In this document: positions 1 to 12,170 of the stretch, piece by piece | Layout: the number at the start of each line of letters is the position of its first letter | Position numbering within the stretch: position 1 is the stretch's first letter | Assembly: GCF_021028975.2 (NCBI RefSeq) | Contig: NC_059426.1 | Span: 178,994,001 to 179,058,000 of the forward strand | Source of the DNA: Sphaerodactylus townsendi | Taxonomy: Eukaryota | Direction: 5' to 3' | Length of the DNA: 64,000 nt | The notes under the pieces: generated by a model | The model's database searches: none | What the model was told of the DNA's origin: nothing | Seen by the model: the letters and a program-made list of their open reading frames with translations, nothing else | Position numbers and translations under genes: made by a program

Positions 1-43
1 GTCTCCTGCAGGAGAGGAAGGGGGGATATAAATCCAAACTACT

Positions 44-126
44 CCTCCTCCTGCTCCTCCTCCTGCTCCTCCTCTTCTTCTTCCTCTTCCTCTTCTTCTT
101 CTTCTTCTTCTTCTTCTTCTTCTTCT
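44..126. repeat. (CTC)n/(CTT)n microsatellite (SINE tail)
   Basis: Visible directly. Confidence 0.85.
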
Positions 127-1529
127 GCATGAAGCTGTGCCTTCTCTCAGATTCTTCTTTGGTTTCTGTCATCTCTCTGCTGCTGAAAACCTGATTGTTG
201 TAATGACTGCTGGTTGCTGGTGTTCTGTACGTCAGCATCTGAAAGGTTGGTGCTCAAAGCTTCCTGGGAGCAAATGCCATCTGTAGTAATGACTCAGTGA
301 ATAGGGCTTCCTCATTTGTGGAAGCTGGGCAAATTAGCATATTTGGGGTTGGGAAGAAGTTTTTTCTCTGCCTAGATTATTTGGCTGGGAGGTTTGGCCA
401 CTCTGGTAGGTTTGCAAATTGTCTTGCTTGTTTGAGTCATTTGCTCAGCGGATACTACATGGTGTAGCCTGGATACTGCGGCCTGGATTGCAAATATGTA
501 CCTGGGCCAAAAGGTGGCTTTTGAGTCCCTTTGAACTATATGGTGGTAGAAAGTGCTGTAAAGTCGCAGCCAACCTGTGGCAGCCCCACAGGATTTCTAA
601 GGCAGGAGATGGTCTGTGATTGCTTGCCTCTGCGTAACCATTTCCTTGGCGGTCTCCCCCCCAAGCACAAACCCACCAGGGCCCACTCTGCTTAGTTCCC
701 AGGATCTGGCAAGATCAAGCTAGTCTAGGCGACCCAGGCCAGGGGCCTAACAACATACAGCACAGTTAAAATCCAGCCCTGTCTGAGCCTACTGAGATGG
801 AATAGCTAGTGGCAACAGCCAGCCTCCCAACTCAGAAACCTATTCCAGCAGTATTTCCTGTTTGTGGCGGCACCGCTTGCAAGATAATGCTTAGATCAGG
901 GGTATCAAGCTTGTTTGTTACGAGGGCTGGATATGACATAAATGTGACTGGGTCAGGCTGGGTTCTCGTGGGGGGGGGCGGCTGCCTCAGCTGGCCCCAG
1001 AATGGCACTGGGCGTGTGCCCGGACTGGCGAGCCCGCAGCAAGGCATGTGGCTGCTTTGAGAAGACTTTTCAGGCCCGTGAGCCAGCTGAGGCAACCCCC
1101 TCTCTTGCTCCTGATGTGGCCTGGGGAGCCCAGTGGGGTGGGGGTTGCCTCAGCTGGTTTGCAGGCCTGATGAGCCCCCTCAAGGGGCCACATCTAGTCC
1201 CCGGGCAGCACGTTCAACACCCCCGGCTGTGACGAAGTCTCAAGTTCCCCACTGTCTGTATTCCCTCCTATATGTGTGCCAGACAGTAACCTCAGTTCCC
1301 CTTCAGTGAACCCAGCAGAACAGAGTGTTTGGTGCAAAGTGATCCTGCCGAAGGGCACATGGATTGTTGGCTGGCAGTGGTGTGTTTGCTGTGTTGACAG
1401 ACAGCATATGGCATAGACACCATATGTCTTGGATTGCAGTAGCCTACGGCAGCTGGTGTAAAAGGCAGCCAAGATCCATTAGTTTCTGGGCTTTGTAAGA
1501 GTGAGTTGTTTATTTGTTGTTGTTTGAAA

Positions 1530-1950
1530 TGAGATCCGGGGTGTTGTGTGATTTCCAGGCTGTATGGCCGTGTTCCAGTAGCATTGTCTCCTGACGTTTC
1601 GCCTGCATCTGTGGCTGGCATCTTCAGAGGATCTGATGGTAGTAAAGCAAGTGGAGTATAGATACCTGTGGAGTGTCCAGGGTGGGAGAAAGAACCATTT
1701 GCATTGGTTAACAAGTGTAAAGGGTGCAATTAGGGTGCATTGTTAATCAATGCAAATAGTTCTTTCTCCCACCCTGGACATTCCACAGGTATATATACTC
1801 CACTTACTGTACTACCATCAGATCCTCTGAAGATGTCAGCCACAGAATCTGGCAACGTCGAGGAAAAATACTACTGGGTCTGCCACAACTCGGAGGCTCC
1901 ACACAGCACCCCAGTGATTCTGACCGTGAAAGCCTTCGACAGTACAAAAT
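1530..1950. mobile_element. Penelope-like element terminal-repeat remnants in inverted orientation
   Basis: Arms ~1530-1713 (-) and ~1741-1950 (+) are reverse complements (same peptide HPGHSTGIYTPL..PSDPLKM on both strands); each carries the hammerhead-type motif. Confidence 0.75.
1589..1631 (-). ncRNA. Minimal type I hammerhead ribozyme motif (PLE-associated)
   Basis: UCCU-CUGAAGA-U-GCC[13 nt]GGC-GAAAC-GUC-AGGA: complete core, stem I UCCU/AGGA, stem II GCC/GGC, palindromic ACGU at stem III. Confidence 0.7.
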
Positions 1951-3675
1951 GAGATCCACTCGTCAAAAGCACAGAACTTTGTCTGGGCTGCATGTAGTTG
2001 CCATAGGAAATTATTTTGGAGGACAGGACTTATTAGTGGGCTGTGGGCCTTCCTAGCAGGGAAGGAGCCGGAATGTTGAGACTGCAAAGCAAACCCTTCT
2101 GTGCTTCTGTTTCTCCTCTGCAGCAGATTGCCTTAGACTCAAAGTTGCTCCTTGGGCCTAAATTACGACCTGAATTGCTGAACTTGAGGTCATTCGCAGT
2201 TTCAGAACACGGGACTTCCCAGGCCTGAACCGGAACTATGTAGGATTCTTACCTTGCTACAGTTAGATTTGAGTCCAGTAACTCTTGGAGTCAAAGTATA
2301 TATTTGTCAGGCTGATTTTGCATTAATAGGAGGTNNNNNNNNNNNNNNNNNNNNNNNNNNNNNNNNNNNNNNNNNNNNNNNNNNNNNNNNNNNNNNNNNN
2401 NNNNNNNNNNNNNNNNNNNNNNNNNNNNNNNNNNNNNNNNNNNNNNNNNNNNNNNNNNNNNNNNGTGCACGCACATGAAATTACAAACATTCCCCAATTA
2501 GGTGCACTCTAATCTGGAGAACCGGATTTGATTCCCCGCTCTGCCACTTGAGCTGTGGAGGCTTATCTGGTGAACTAGATTAGCCTGTGCACTCCAACAC
2601 ACGTCATCTGGGTGACCTTGGACTAATCACAGCTTTTTAGAGCTCTCTTAGTCTCACCCACCTCACAGGGTGTTTGTTGTGAGGGGGGAAGGGCAAGGAG
2701 TTTGTAAGCCCCCTTGAGTCTCCTACAGGAGAGAAAGGGGGGCGTATAAATCCAAACTCTTCTTCTTTTTTGAGGTGTGTCTCTTGAGAGCTTATAACCT
2801 TGATAACTAAGGTGCTGCGGGATGAGATCTAACTGTTCTACTGGAGACCAACATGGCTACTATCTAAAATTATCTCACTAATTAATTTTCTGCCCCCAAG
2901 CATTTCTCCCTTGCTTTAATCAAGCTGATTACATTTTGCATTGTACCTGTGCAGCCTGGGTTCTTTCTTTGCAATACTCCTCCCGGCTTCTGACTGGGAT
3001 ATAAAGACTCAAGAGATCTCTCTTTCAACTCATACCTGAGCTTTGATTCTTGAAAGCTCCTGCCTCGGAAATCTTGCCAGTCTCTAAGGTGCTACTGGAC
3101 TCAAATCTAGTTGTTCTACTGCAGTTCAACACAGCTACTTTCTGAAGCTGTCTTTGAAGCTGTCTTTGAGCCTGTTGGCCTATTTAATCTAGGGGTGTCC
3201 AACCTACGGTGCTTCAGAATTGAGCCAATTGGCCATGCTGGCAGGGGCTGATGGGAATGGTAGACCATAAACATCTGGAGCACCGTAGGTAGGCCACCCC
3301 TGATTTAGTCGAACAAATAGCCGGAAAAATACTTATGAAGTCACCAACTAAGGGCCAACTAAGGTACTAGATACCTGGAAATCACGGCCTTATAGAGTGG
3401 ATTGTGAGTTAGAACCACATCTCTTCCAAGAGCACACAGAATCTGCTGTGAGGGCGATCAGAACCTTAAACCAAGCGCTACTTGGGCAGTTTGTTTGTGT
3501 TGAAACGCTCCAGCAGCTTGCCTCTAAATGCCTCCACCTTTGCTTCCAGGAAATGGAGAGGGACAGGAGACTGAGTTGCTTGGTGGAAGAGCATGTTTCC
3601 GGCTTATTTCTTCACCTTATTTCTTCACCTTATTACAGTCTACAACAGTAACCAATTTTTTCCCGTCCTCACTAG

Positions 3676-4191
3676 GCACAGGAGCACGACAGCCCCAAAG
3701 CTGGTGAAGCAGAAAAGAAAGTTAATCCTGGGACTGAGGACGGCGAGCACCCATACAATGCCGAAAACCACCCTCTCGTTCCTGACCTAGCAGGAGAGCA
3801 CGGCATGCAAGCCACAAAAGCCTCTCACTCCGTCGCAGCTGCGGAAACAAAGGAACCAGCTGGGTGGGGACAGCACCATTGTTTGGAGCCTGACCCCGCT
3901 GACTCTTGCTTGGCTGCTCCAGGGAAGTCGCAGATAACGAAGTTACAGGAGTCAGAACTTGCTTTCACAACAGACCCAAGAGCCGCACCCACAGAGCAAA
4001 TGCAACTTGGTGGGGGTGGGCACGCAGGAACCGGAGCGGACGTGCGCTCGGGCTCTGCAGAGAGCAGTAGCCTGGCTGCTCCCGTGCTCAGGGAAACCGA
4101 CATGAGAGACGGAAGCGTGCGGATTATTAGTCATCACGCAACCCACTGTGCCGTCTCCTTTCAGAATTCTTTGTTATATGAACTAGACTAA
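3676..4191 (+). CDS. DNAAF2: Dynein axonemal assembly factor 2 (Kintoun), last coding exon
   Basis: Acceptor ttttcccgtcctcactag|GCA. Open frame AQEHDSPKAGEAEKKV...GSVRIISHHATHCAVSFQNSLLYELD* matches the KTU C-terminal motif as recalled (CAFSFQNSLLYDLD). Convergent with MGAT2, as in other vertebrates. Upstream exons not found in the window. Confidence 0.88.
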   Translation, partial: AQEHDSPKAGEAEKKVNPGTEDGEHPYNAENHPLVPDLAGEHGMQATKASHSVAAAETKEPAGWGQHHCLEPDPADSCLAAPGKSQITKLQESELAFTTDPRAAPTEQMQLGGGGHAGTGADVRSGSAESSSLAAPVLRETDMRDGSVRIISHHATHCAVSFQNSLLYELD

Positions 4192-7100
4192 CTGGTTGGG
4201 CGGCTAGTGGACTTTCCGTGGTTGTAACCTCTGTCGTTGCTAATGGACTTTCTGTAGTTGCAACCCCCCCCCCCCCGCCCCCAATTCTGTGTCTCCTTCT
4301 TAAGCGAAGAGAAGACTGCAGAAAAACCTGATGAAAACAACAAAGAACTGAATGTGCTGGAAAACTGTGGAGGGATTTCACAAATTGGTTGGGGGGGGGG
4401 GGGAGAATCTGTTTTGTTTGTTGGGAGACACCCCCTCCCCCAAAACCAGCTCGTTAAGCTCTGCTTGGTTTCCCTCTGAACACAAAATCCTGTTTAGTTA
4501 GGCAACCTGTTGTGCGGTTGCTCGCCTTCTGCGCATACCCTTTCAGGCCACAGGTGCAACCCTTGTGAAGGACCCCAAGGAAACAAACGGACTTTCCCGA
4601 GAACACATCACCTTTGCCAGCTCCATTTGTGCATGCAGGCTGTGCTGTTTTGCCTGTGCAGAGAGGGCCTTGGCTTCCCCTCCGTCCCACTGTTTCAATT
4701 GTCCTCACTCAAACAGGAAACGTGTTTTGCAATATTGAACCTCCGGCACTGGGGCCTTTCAGAGCCACGTCAAGTTTTCCCCCGAAGCCCCGTCCCGACG
4801 GGTGAGGCTCTGCGAATAAAAGCTGGCTTTGCTCTTGTGGCCTTTGCTGAGCTCCTGTCTAGTATTCCTCAAGGGGAGAGGGGATGGTTTTTCCTCTAGG
4901 TGCGGGGGGTAGGAACCTGCAGCTCTCAGATGTTCAAGAGACCTGATTCCCATCCCAGCCCTACCAGCTTGTGGTGGCTGCATGCTGGTAGAAGCTGATA
5001 ATTAATTCTAACTCGTCCCACAGCCTTCCTCACTACATACAGTTGGGATGCCCGACTCATGTGGGGATGTCCGGCATTTTGACTTCACCGGTTCTGCTGT
5101 CAAAGTCGACCTGCCCTGCGCCTCGGTCGAGTGGATGCAGTCCCGACAGGGCACAGAACGGCTGGCTAAACAAAAAAGTGAATGGTTTTGTTTCTGCTGT
5201 GCTCAACGTTTGCTTTTTAAGGAGACACCCCCCCACACACACATACAACACAATGACATGCACAGAGTAAGCCATGCTAAAGCCAAAATGGGGCTCTGCT
5301 CTGAAGGGAGCAGGGAAGCGAAATTGCGGTCTTAACCCCACTGGAAGTTTCCGGTTGGAAAACGGAGGCGGTCCCATTTGGAACCGCAGAAGGCAGCAGT
5401 CAAAAGTGCCTAATTTCAGCTCTTGTTTCTGGTCTCCCCCTAGCCCACCAGGTTGATTTTGATGATTCAGAGCTACTCTTTATTTAAATTATCTACCGGA
5501 ACGGGGCAACTTCCAGCTGCCTTTGGGATTGGCTTAACATGGGCCTGGCCACAGCTGGTTTTTAGGGTTGAATGCCAGACAACACCATCCTACAATGAGA
5601 GGCAGCGGGAAGGCAGAATCAAGCCTGGTTGGGGGCCCAGTTATTTAAGTGTAAGCGTTCCTCGCTGATCTCCATGGGCCCTAAAAAGTGTTTCCGTTTA
5701 GCTGGCCTTTACCCTTTTTTCTTGGCTCCAAAGCAGCACCCCCCAACCCTAACCCCCCCCCCCCGCCCCCTGGGTTCAGTAGAGCTTCCTCCCAGGGAAG
5801 ATCTGCGCAAACTCCCTGTTGGCCGCCTGCACTTTGCAGAAGTCAACTGAAAGTTCTACACCTCGTTGCTGTTTTCAAGGCGCAAACATCGGAGAGTTGT
5901 TACGAGCCCCCACTTGCCTATTCCACCCTCTCTTGTACCTTTGTGTTTGCAGCCCAAGAAGTCAGAGCAGCAAGACCCAGGCAAAAGTTTGTTTGTTCCC
6001 CCCCCCCCCCATCCTGCCTTGCTTGCAATGGTTTGGGAATTCTGACAGTCACCCTATCCAATGCAGGAAATCTCCCAAGACCACTACGCTTCCTGCAGCC
6101 CAAGTAGTTTGCTGTATCTTTATTGTGGATTGACCCACTGGAGGGATTTTCTCTCCAAAGCGTGTTCCACTAGCACCAACGGTCTAGCTCCAGCAATTTC
6201 AGGGGGGAATTGCTGGTCAAGCGCCACTCATTTCAGTGGGGGCTGAACGGGAGAATTTCCTCCTGTGTCCTAACATTGAAGGCATAGCTCCGTGGTGGCG
6301 AACCTTTGGCACTCCAGATGTTATGGACTACAATTCCCATCAGCCCCTGCCAGCATGGTCAATTGGCCATGCTGGCAGGGGCTGATGGGAGTCCATCGTA
6401 TCTATAGGTCACTAACCACTAACATAGCTGGATAAAGTCTGTGCTTTCATCCTGGGAGGGGCTTGCACGGCTATAGATGGCTGTCTTAAACCCCTCTATG
6501 TCACACAGGTGCTGAGCACCTTTTGCAGTGAGGATCTGCCCTTTTCCAGCGCGTGCGTCTTTTCTACTGGTTTTAAGTTCTGCATTCTTTCCTCTCCCAG
6601 GCCTACTTTTAGTTGTTTGTTCAAATTGAGCTGACTAATCCAGTAGCTAAATTTGTTTCGTTAACAGAAACCAAACGGCCGCTGTTGTTTTCAGTTCAGC
6701 CTTCTGACTGCTGTTATTCATTTGTTAATAAAGCCTGTATTATTCTGTCAAAACATAATTTCTCTATAAAACCTCTTCGTTTAATGTGGTTTTTTAAAAA
6801 AATGGGTGCCCCACCCCCTGCAACCATTAAAAGTCTTGTAATACAAAAACATGGATTTATTTTGGCAGAAATGAAAAAAAATTACATATTTCTACATTAA
6901 AGTGAAAACAAATGGATTCTCTTCCTGTTGTTCGTATAAGCGCACAGCAAAGAAAACAGAATGCTTTTGCAGAGATTAAGGTACCAAATTTCAAGCAAGC
7001 CCGTAACTAGACTGTTGTTGAATACTGAATGAACGGGAAGGTCAGATAAAGTCGACGGACAGAAGCAAAGTTACAAGGCCAATCAAAGGCTGTTATTTCC

Positions 7101-7451
7101 AAACTGAAGTTTGGGATGGAGAATTGGGTTGGGGGGAGCTCAGTCACCTTTGGACATTCACCAGGTCACACCTTCATCGAAAGCCCGGCTTTAAAAAAAA
7201 ACCTAATTCTTTCTGAGAGGGGGCTTTTTTTTTGGAAAGTGGAAGAAGCACTTAATAAATAAAGGCCTGGATAAAGAATCCAACACCCCAGCCCACCGCC
7301 ATGACCAAGCAGCAGCCTTCCAAGACAAGACTTGGCCGACTAGTCTGGTTCTGGCACAGTGCCCCTTTGCCAAGGCCTCGAAGCAGATCCCCCCGATGGT
7401 CAGACCCCCCACGGGCTGCTTTTGCACGGTCCTGGGGGGAGGCAGGGGGGC

Positions 7452-8911
7452 TCACTGCAGGCGCTGGTAGCTCTTGCCAGGATTACGTGGTGTGGATGTG
7501 CAGCCCCATGGCCCACCGTTCTTGACGTGATAGGGGGCTGAAGTATCAGAGGCGTGGCCAGCTTGCCCAGGCTCATGTCCAGTAGGTGGGAATTGGCGCC
7601 GGTTAGGCGTCGATGGGAGCGATCCACCACCTACCTGGGCGGCCTTGAGAGCGGCAGGCCCGGCAAGCGGCCTAGCGGTGTGGTGCATGCACACGCAGTC
7701 GCCGGTTATGGTAGGCCAGCTTGGAGATCTCGAACTGGAGGACCTTCAGAAGCCGGGGCCAGGCAGTGGGCCCGTCAGGTGCTGCAGCGATCCCAGTCCC
7801 AGCTGTAGTCGTCGTGATTGCAGAGAAGGCGTCGAGCATGCCCAGACTGGCTGCAGCTTCGCGGTAGGTGGAATTAGCGCCGAGGCCATGCCCATGTTGT
7901 TGTGCTTCAGTGGACTTCCAGGTCTTCCAGCTCCAGCGCTTGTCGGCGCGGCGAGAAGAGGCGCCAGGCTTGCACGGCCGCGTAGGAGCCCAGGGAGAGG
8001 AGCTGGCAGTCGGGGCAGTCGCGGCGGCGCAGGGCCCAGAGGCGCTGCAGGACGTGGTAGAAGTCCGGGGCCAGGTAGTGGTCCTCCTCCAGGAAGAGCA
8101 GGGGGCCCTCGTGGCCGCGCAGCGCGCGCACGCGCTCCCAGGCGAAGTGGAGCTTCCACCACCAGTGGTGCTTGGCCTGCGCGAAGGCGGCCTCGCGGTA
8201 GTGGCCGAAGGCGTCCGGGTAGCGCGCGTTGAGGCAGCCCCGCCGCAGCGCCGCCGCCCGGCCCAGGTCGCGCGGGCAGTCGCGGGGGTCGCTGCCCGGG
8301 AACTCGCGCGGGTACAGCTGCCGGCTGAAGGGGAAGAAGACCTGCAGCACCGCGCAGAAGTCCACGCCCGCCGCCACCGCGTCCAGCTCCGGCGACCACA
8401 CGTCGTGGCTCAGCACCAGCAGCACCTTCTCGGCGCCCGGCGCGCGGCGCAGCGACTCCAGCAGCAGGCGCAGGTGCTCGGGCCGCTCGTGCACCTGCAC
8501 CACCAGCGCCACCGGCGCCTCGCCCGCCGCCCGCCCCGCCGCCGCCGCCGCCGCCCACAGCCACTCCTGCCGCACCGCCTGGTCGAAGTTCAGCCGGTAC
8601 ACCAGCGAGCGCAGCCGCAGCGTCTCGTTGTCCCCCGACGGCGCCGCCGCCGCCACGGCCGGGGTCCCCGGCACCGCCGCCGGCCAGGACGCGTTGGAGG
8701 GAGGGCGGCCGTCCCCGGCGAGGCGAGCCGGGCTCCCGCTGGGGCTGCTGCTGCCCCCGAGGGGCTCCGCTCCGGCCGCCGCCGCCCCCAGCTTCTCTCC
8801 GCCGCCGCCGCCGCCGCCGCCGCCGCCCCCCCAGATGGCCAAGGCGCAGGCGGCGGCCACGAGGGCCAGGAGGAGCGCGCCCACTTTGCGCTTGTAGATG
8901 CGGAGCCTCAT
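7452..8911 (-). CDS. MGAT2: Alpha-1,6-mannosyl-glycoprotein 2-beta-N-acetylglucosaminyltransferase (GnT-II), intronless; apparent frameshifts ~7470-7970
   Basis: Starts MRLRIYKRKV plus a TM helix. Contains QVFFPFSRQLYPREFPGSDPRDCPRD, KHHWWWKLHFAWERV and LFLEEDHYLAPDFYHV. The C-terminal motifs (NMGMA, MHH, KNGG, KSYQRLQ*) are scattered across frames by indels. Confidence 0.95.
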
Positions 8912-9480
8912 GGTCCGGCCCGGCCGCCCCCGCGCGCTCCTCCGCCTCCTCCGCCGCCCCGGAGCATCAGCCCAGCGCCCGGCCGGCGCCCGGGGGGGGC
9001 CCCTCGGGGGAGTCTCGCCGCGCCCGCATCTCCCGCCCGGCAGCCTCCGAGGGGAAGGGAAGGAGGGGGCCAAGCGGCAGCGGCGGCGGTGTTGGCGGCG
9101 GCCCCGCCCCGGACGCGCTCCCAGGCCACGCTCCGCTCGGCCGCGGCTGCAGCAACGGCGCCGCCTCCTCCTCCTCCTCCTCCCCGCCTCCCCCGCCTCC
9201 AGGCGCCGCTTCCGGATCCGGAGCGATGGATGCCGCCTGCGGAGGCCCTTCCTCTGCGCGCCCCGCTCCAGCCGCAGCAGCCCCGCTCGCTCGCTCGCTC
9301 AAAAGGCCCCGCCCCCATGGGCCGGCCCCGCCCCCTCCCCTCCGTGACGTGGACCTTCTGGCTGGGGGGGCGTCTGGTCCCGTCATTGGGGGGGGGGGAG
9401 ATCGGGGCCGCCCGGGGGCTTGCCGGCCTGCGCAGCCTGGGGACGGTGGGCTTGGGGAGGGACCCCAGAGTAGGGTGATG
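7950..9480. promoter_or_regulatory. CpG island covering the MGAT2 5' CDS, 5' UTR and promoter
   Basis: Very high GC and CpG density, multiple GC boxes (ccccgccc), CRE-like gtgacgt at ~9344. Confidence 0.85.
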
Positions 9481-11026
9481 CCACGGGGAGCTGGCCGGGA
9501 GAAATTCCGGGAGACCCCCCCCCCCCCCCGCAACTGTAGGACATCAAAAGGAATATCCCGACACCTTTGAGGCTCATTGTGAAACACAATGATAATCTTC
9601 AGATCCTCTGAAGGTGCCAGCCGCAGATGCAGGCGGAGCCACGGCCATACAACCCGGGAAACCCACAACACCCCACAGATAATGTGACTTCTAACTGGGG
9701 TATTTTGTGCTTTTGTTTCTACAGATGAGACCGTAGAAGAAGGTGTTCGCCAGGCATACCGTAACCTGGAGGGTTAGCTAGGCCCTTGTCTATTGTATAC
9801 TAACCTGACATCCATGTAAAGATTTTTTTTCTGTTTGAGACATGCAAGAGTATACAAATCATTGTTGCAGTAAAAATGTAATGGTGAAGGTGGGGTGTTT
9901 ATTTAGCATTATGTATTTATTCAGCCTATGTGTTTATTAAGCATTACTTAAGGAAACCGTTTCACAGTATTTGAGCCTTAAAGGTACAGAATATTCTTTT
10001 TGATAACTGTCAGGTGTACCTACCCCTTTTTTCTTATGGATGACCCACCTGGAGGATGGCAGCCGAAGCAGCCAGTCTGGGCCCCTGTAAACACCACCAG
10101 CCTCCAAATCAGACCAGTGGTCCACCTAGAGTAGTGGTGGCGAGCCTTTGGCACTCCAGATGTTATGGACTACGATTCCCATCAGCCCCTGCCAGCATGG
10201 CCAACTGGCTGATGGGAATTGTAGTCCATAACATCTGGACTGCCAAAGGTTCGCCACCACGGACCTAGAGCCACATTCTCTGGCTAGTCACCTGTGCTGA
10301 TCCTAGCTGGCCCCCTCTAAACGCCACACCTGTCCTAGTGGCCAAGACTCCACCTGCACTTTAGTTGCTTACCGATTCCCCTCAACTTCATGGGGTGCCT
10401 CCAAGTATTGGCATTATGACGCAGAGGGAATTGTCACTCCACCCCATTTTACAAAAGGAACAAACGCACACTGGTGGGGGAAATAAATATCCGGACAGGT
10501 AATCCAGGCAGGGGTAGAGAATGCAGGACATTCTTGCAACTGGGGAACAGGGCAGCCCCCTGGGTGAACCCCGAGTGGAAACAGGTAACTGGGGGAAACC
10601 TTTTGAGCATAAGATGTATGTCTGCACCAAAGCACAGGCAACATGGAGCAAAAGATGGAGCCTATCTACAGAAACAGGTCATTCATTCCCAAACCAAAAT
10701 AACCCTGCACAATTAAAAAGGTTCAGATTGATGCCCCACCTTTCTCTCCTGTAAGGAGTCTCAAAGCACCTCACAAACACCTTCCCTTCCTCTCCCCACA
10801 ACAGACATTTGGTGAAGTAGGTGGGGCTGAGTGAGACCTGGCCCAAGGTCACACAGCAGGCTTCATGTGGAAGAGAAGGGAAACAAATCCAGTTCACCAA
10901 AGAAGAGTCTGCCACTCCGGTGGAGGAGGGGGGAATCAAACCCAGTTCTCCTGATTACAGTCAAACACTCTTAGCCACCACCCCACACCAGAAGACAGTC
11001 TGGGTTGAAGGACATGGATAGTTACA

Positions 11027-12170
11027 CATAAGAACATAAGAACTAGCCTGCTGGATCAGACCAGAGTCCATCTAGACCAGCACTCTGCTTTCACTTGGCC
11101 AGCCTGGCCCACCTGAGTGCCTTTGGGAGGTCACCTGCAGGATGGGAGGAAAGCAATGGCTCTTTCTGCTGCTAAGCGTGCTCGGAAAGCACCCTGGACT
11201 GTGCTATTAAGGCATTTTGTGGCAATCTCAGATCAAAGGAGGATCAAGATTGGTAGCCATAAGATGGAGCTTCTCCTCCATAAATCTGTCCAAGCCCTTT
11301 TTTAAAGCTATCCCAGGTTGAGTGGCCCATCACCCCCTCCTGTGGCAGCAGATCTCCAAACACCAAATCACGTTGCGTTCATTGAAGAAGTGTTTCCTAA
11401 GTTGTAGTGCTAATTCTTCCCCCAGCATTTTCAATGGATGCCCCCCTGGTTCCTAGTATTGTGAGAAAGAGAGAAAAATTTCTCTGTCAACATGTTCTAC
11501 CCCCATGCATAATTTCCTATAGACTTCAATCCCATTATCCCCCCCCCTCAGGCGTCTCCTCTCCAAACTAAGAGTCCCTAAACGCATGCAGTCTTTCCCT
11601 CTCCCATAAAGGAAGGGTGCTCCAGTCCCTCAATCATCCCTCGTTGCCCTTCTCTGCACTTTTTTCTATCTCTCTCCAATATCCTTTTTGAGATGCGCAC
11701 GGCTTGAGAGGCCAGAACCCTGTACACAGTACTCCCAGAGCGTCTTGATTAGCGACCACTGCTTTATATAAAGGGCATGAAACAATCCTTGCAGTTTTAT
11801 TCTCAATTCCTTTTCTTACGATCCCCAGCATGAGAGTTTGCCTTTTTTCACAGCTGCCATGCATTGAGTTGACATTCCCATGGAACTATCAGCTAAGAGC
11901 CTTAAATCCCACTTTCCCTGGTCTGTGACTGATAGCACTTTTAGACCCTGTAAGCGATGTATGTGAAGTTTGGATTTTTTTTTTTTGCCCCTCTAATGCA
12001 TCACTTTGCATTTTGCTACATTGAACTGCATTTTGCCATTTCTGGAGCCCACTCACCTGGGTTTATCAAGGGTCTGTTTGGAGACTCTTTAGCAATCCTT
12101 TGTGGTTCTCACCAACCCTACCACATAATTTATGGTATCATCTGCAGAACTTAGGCCACCACGCTTACCC
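11027..12170 (-). mobile_element. CR1 LINE 3' fragment (indel-rich sequence)
   Basis: Colinear with 55326-56340 but with dense single-base indels. Confidence 0.85.

Noticed and set aside
8912-9073. N-terminal extension of the MGAT2 ORF in the track
   Set aside because: Begins at a non-ATG codon; the conserved start is MRLRIYKRKV at 8911.
7868-9478. 536-aa + strand ORF and other long overlapping ORFs
   Set aside because: Antisense or alternative-frame shadows of the GC-rich MGAT2 CDS and CpG island, where stop codons are depleted.
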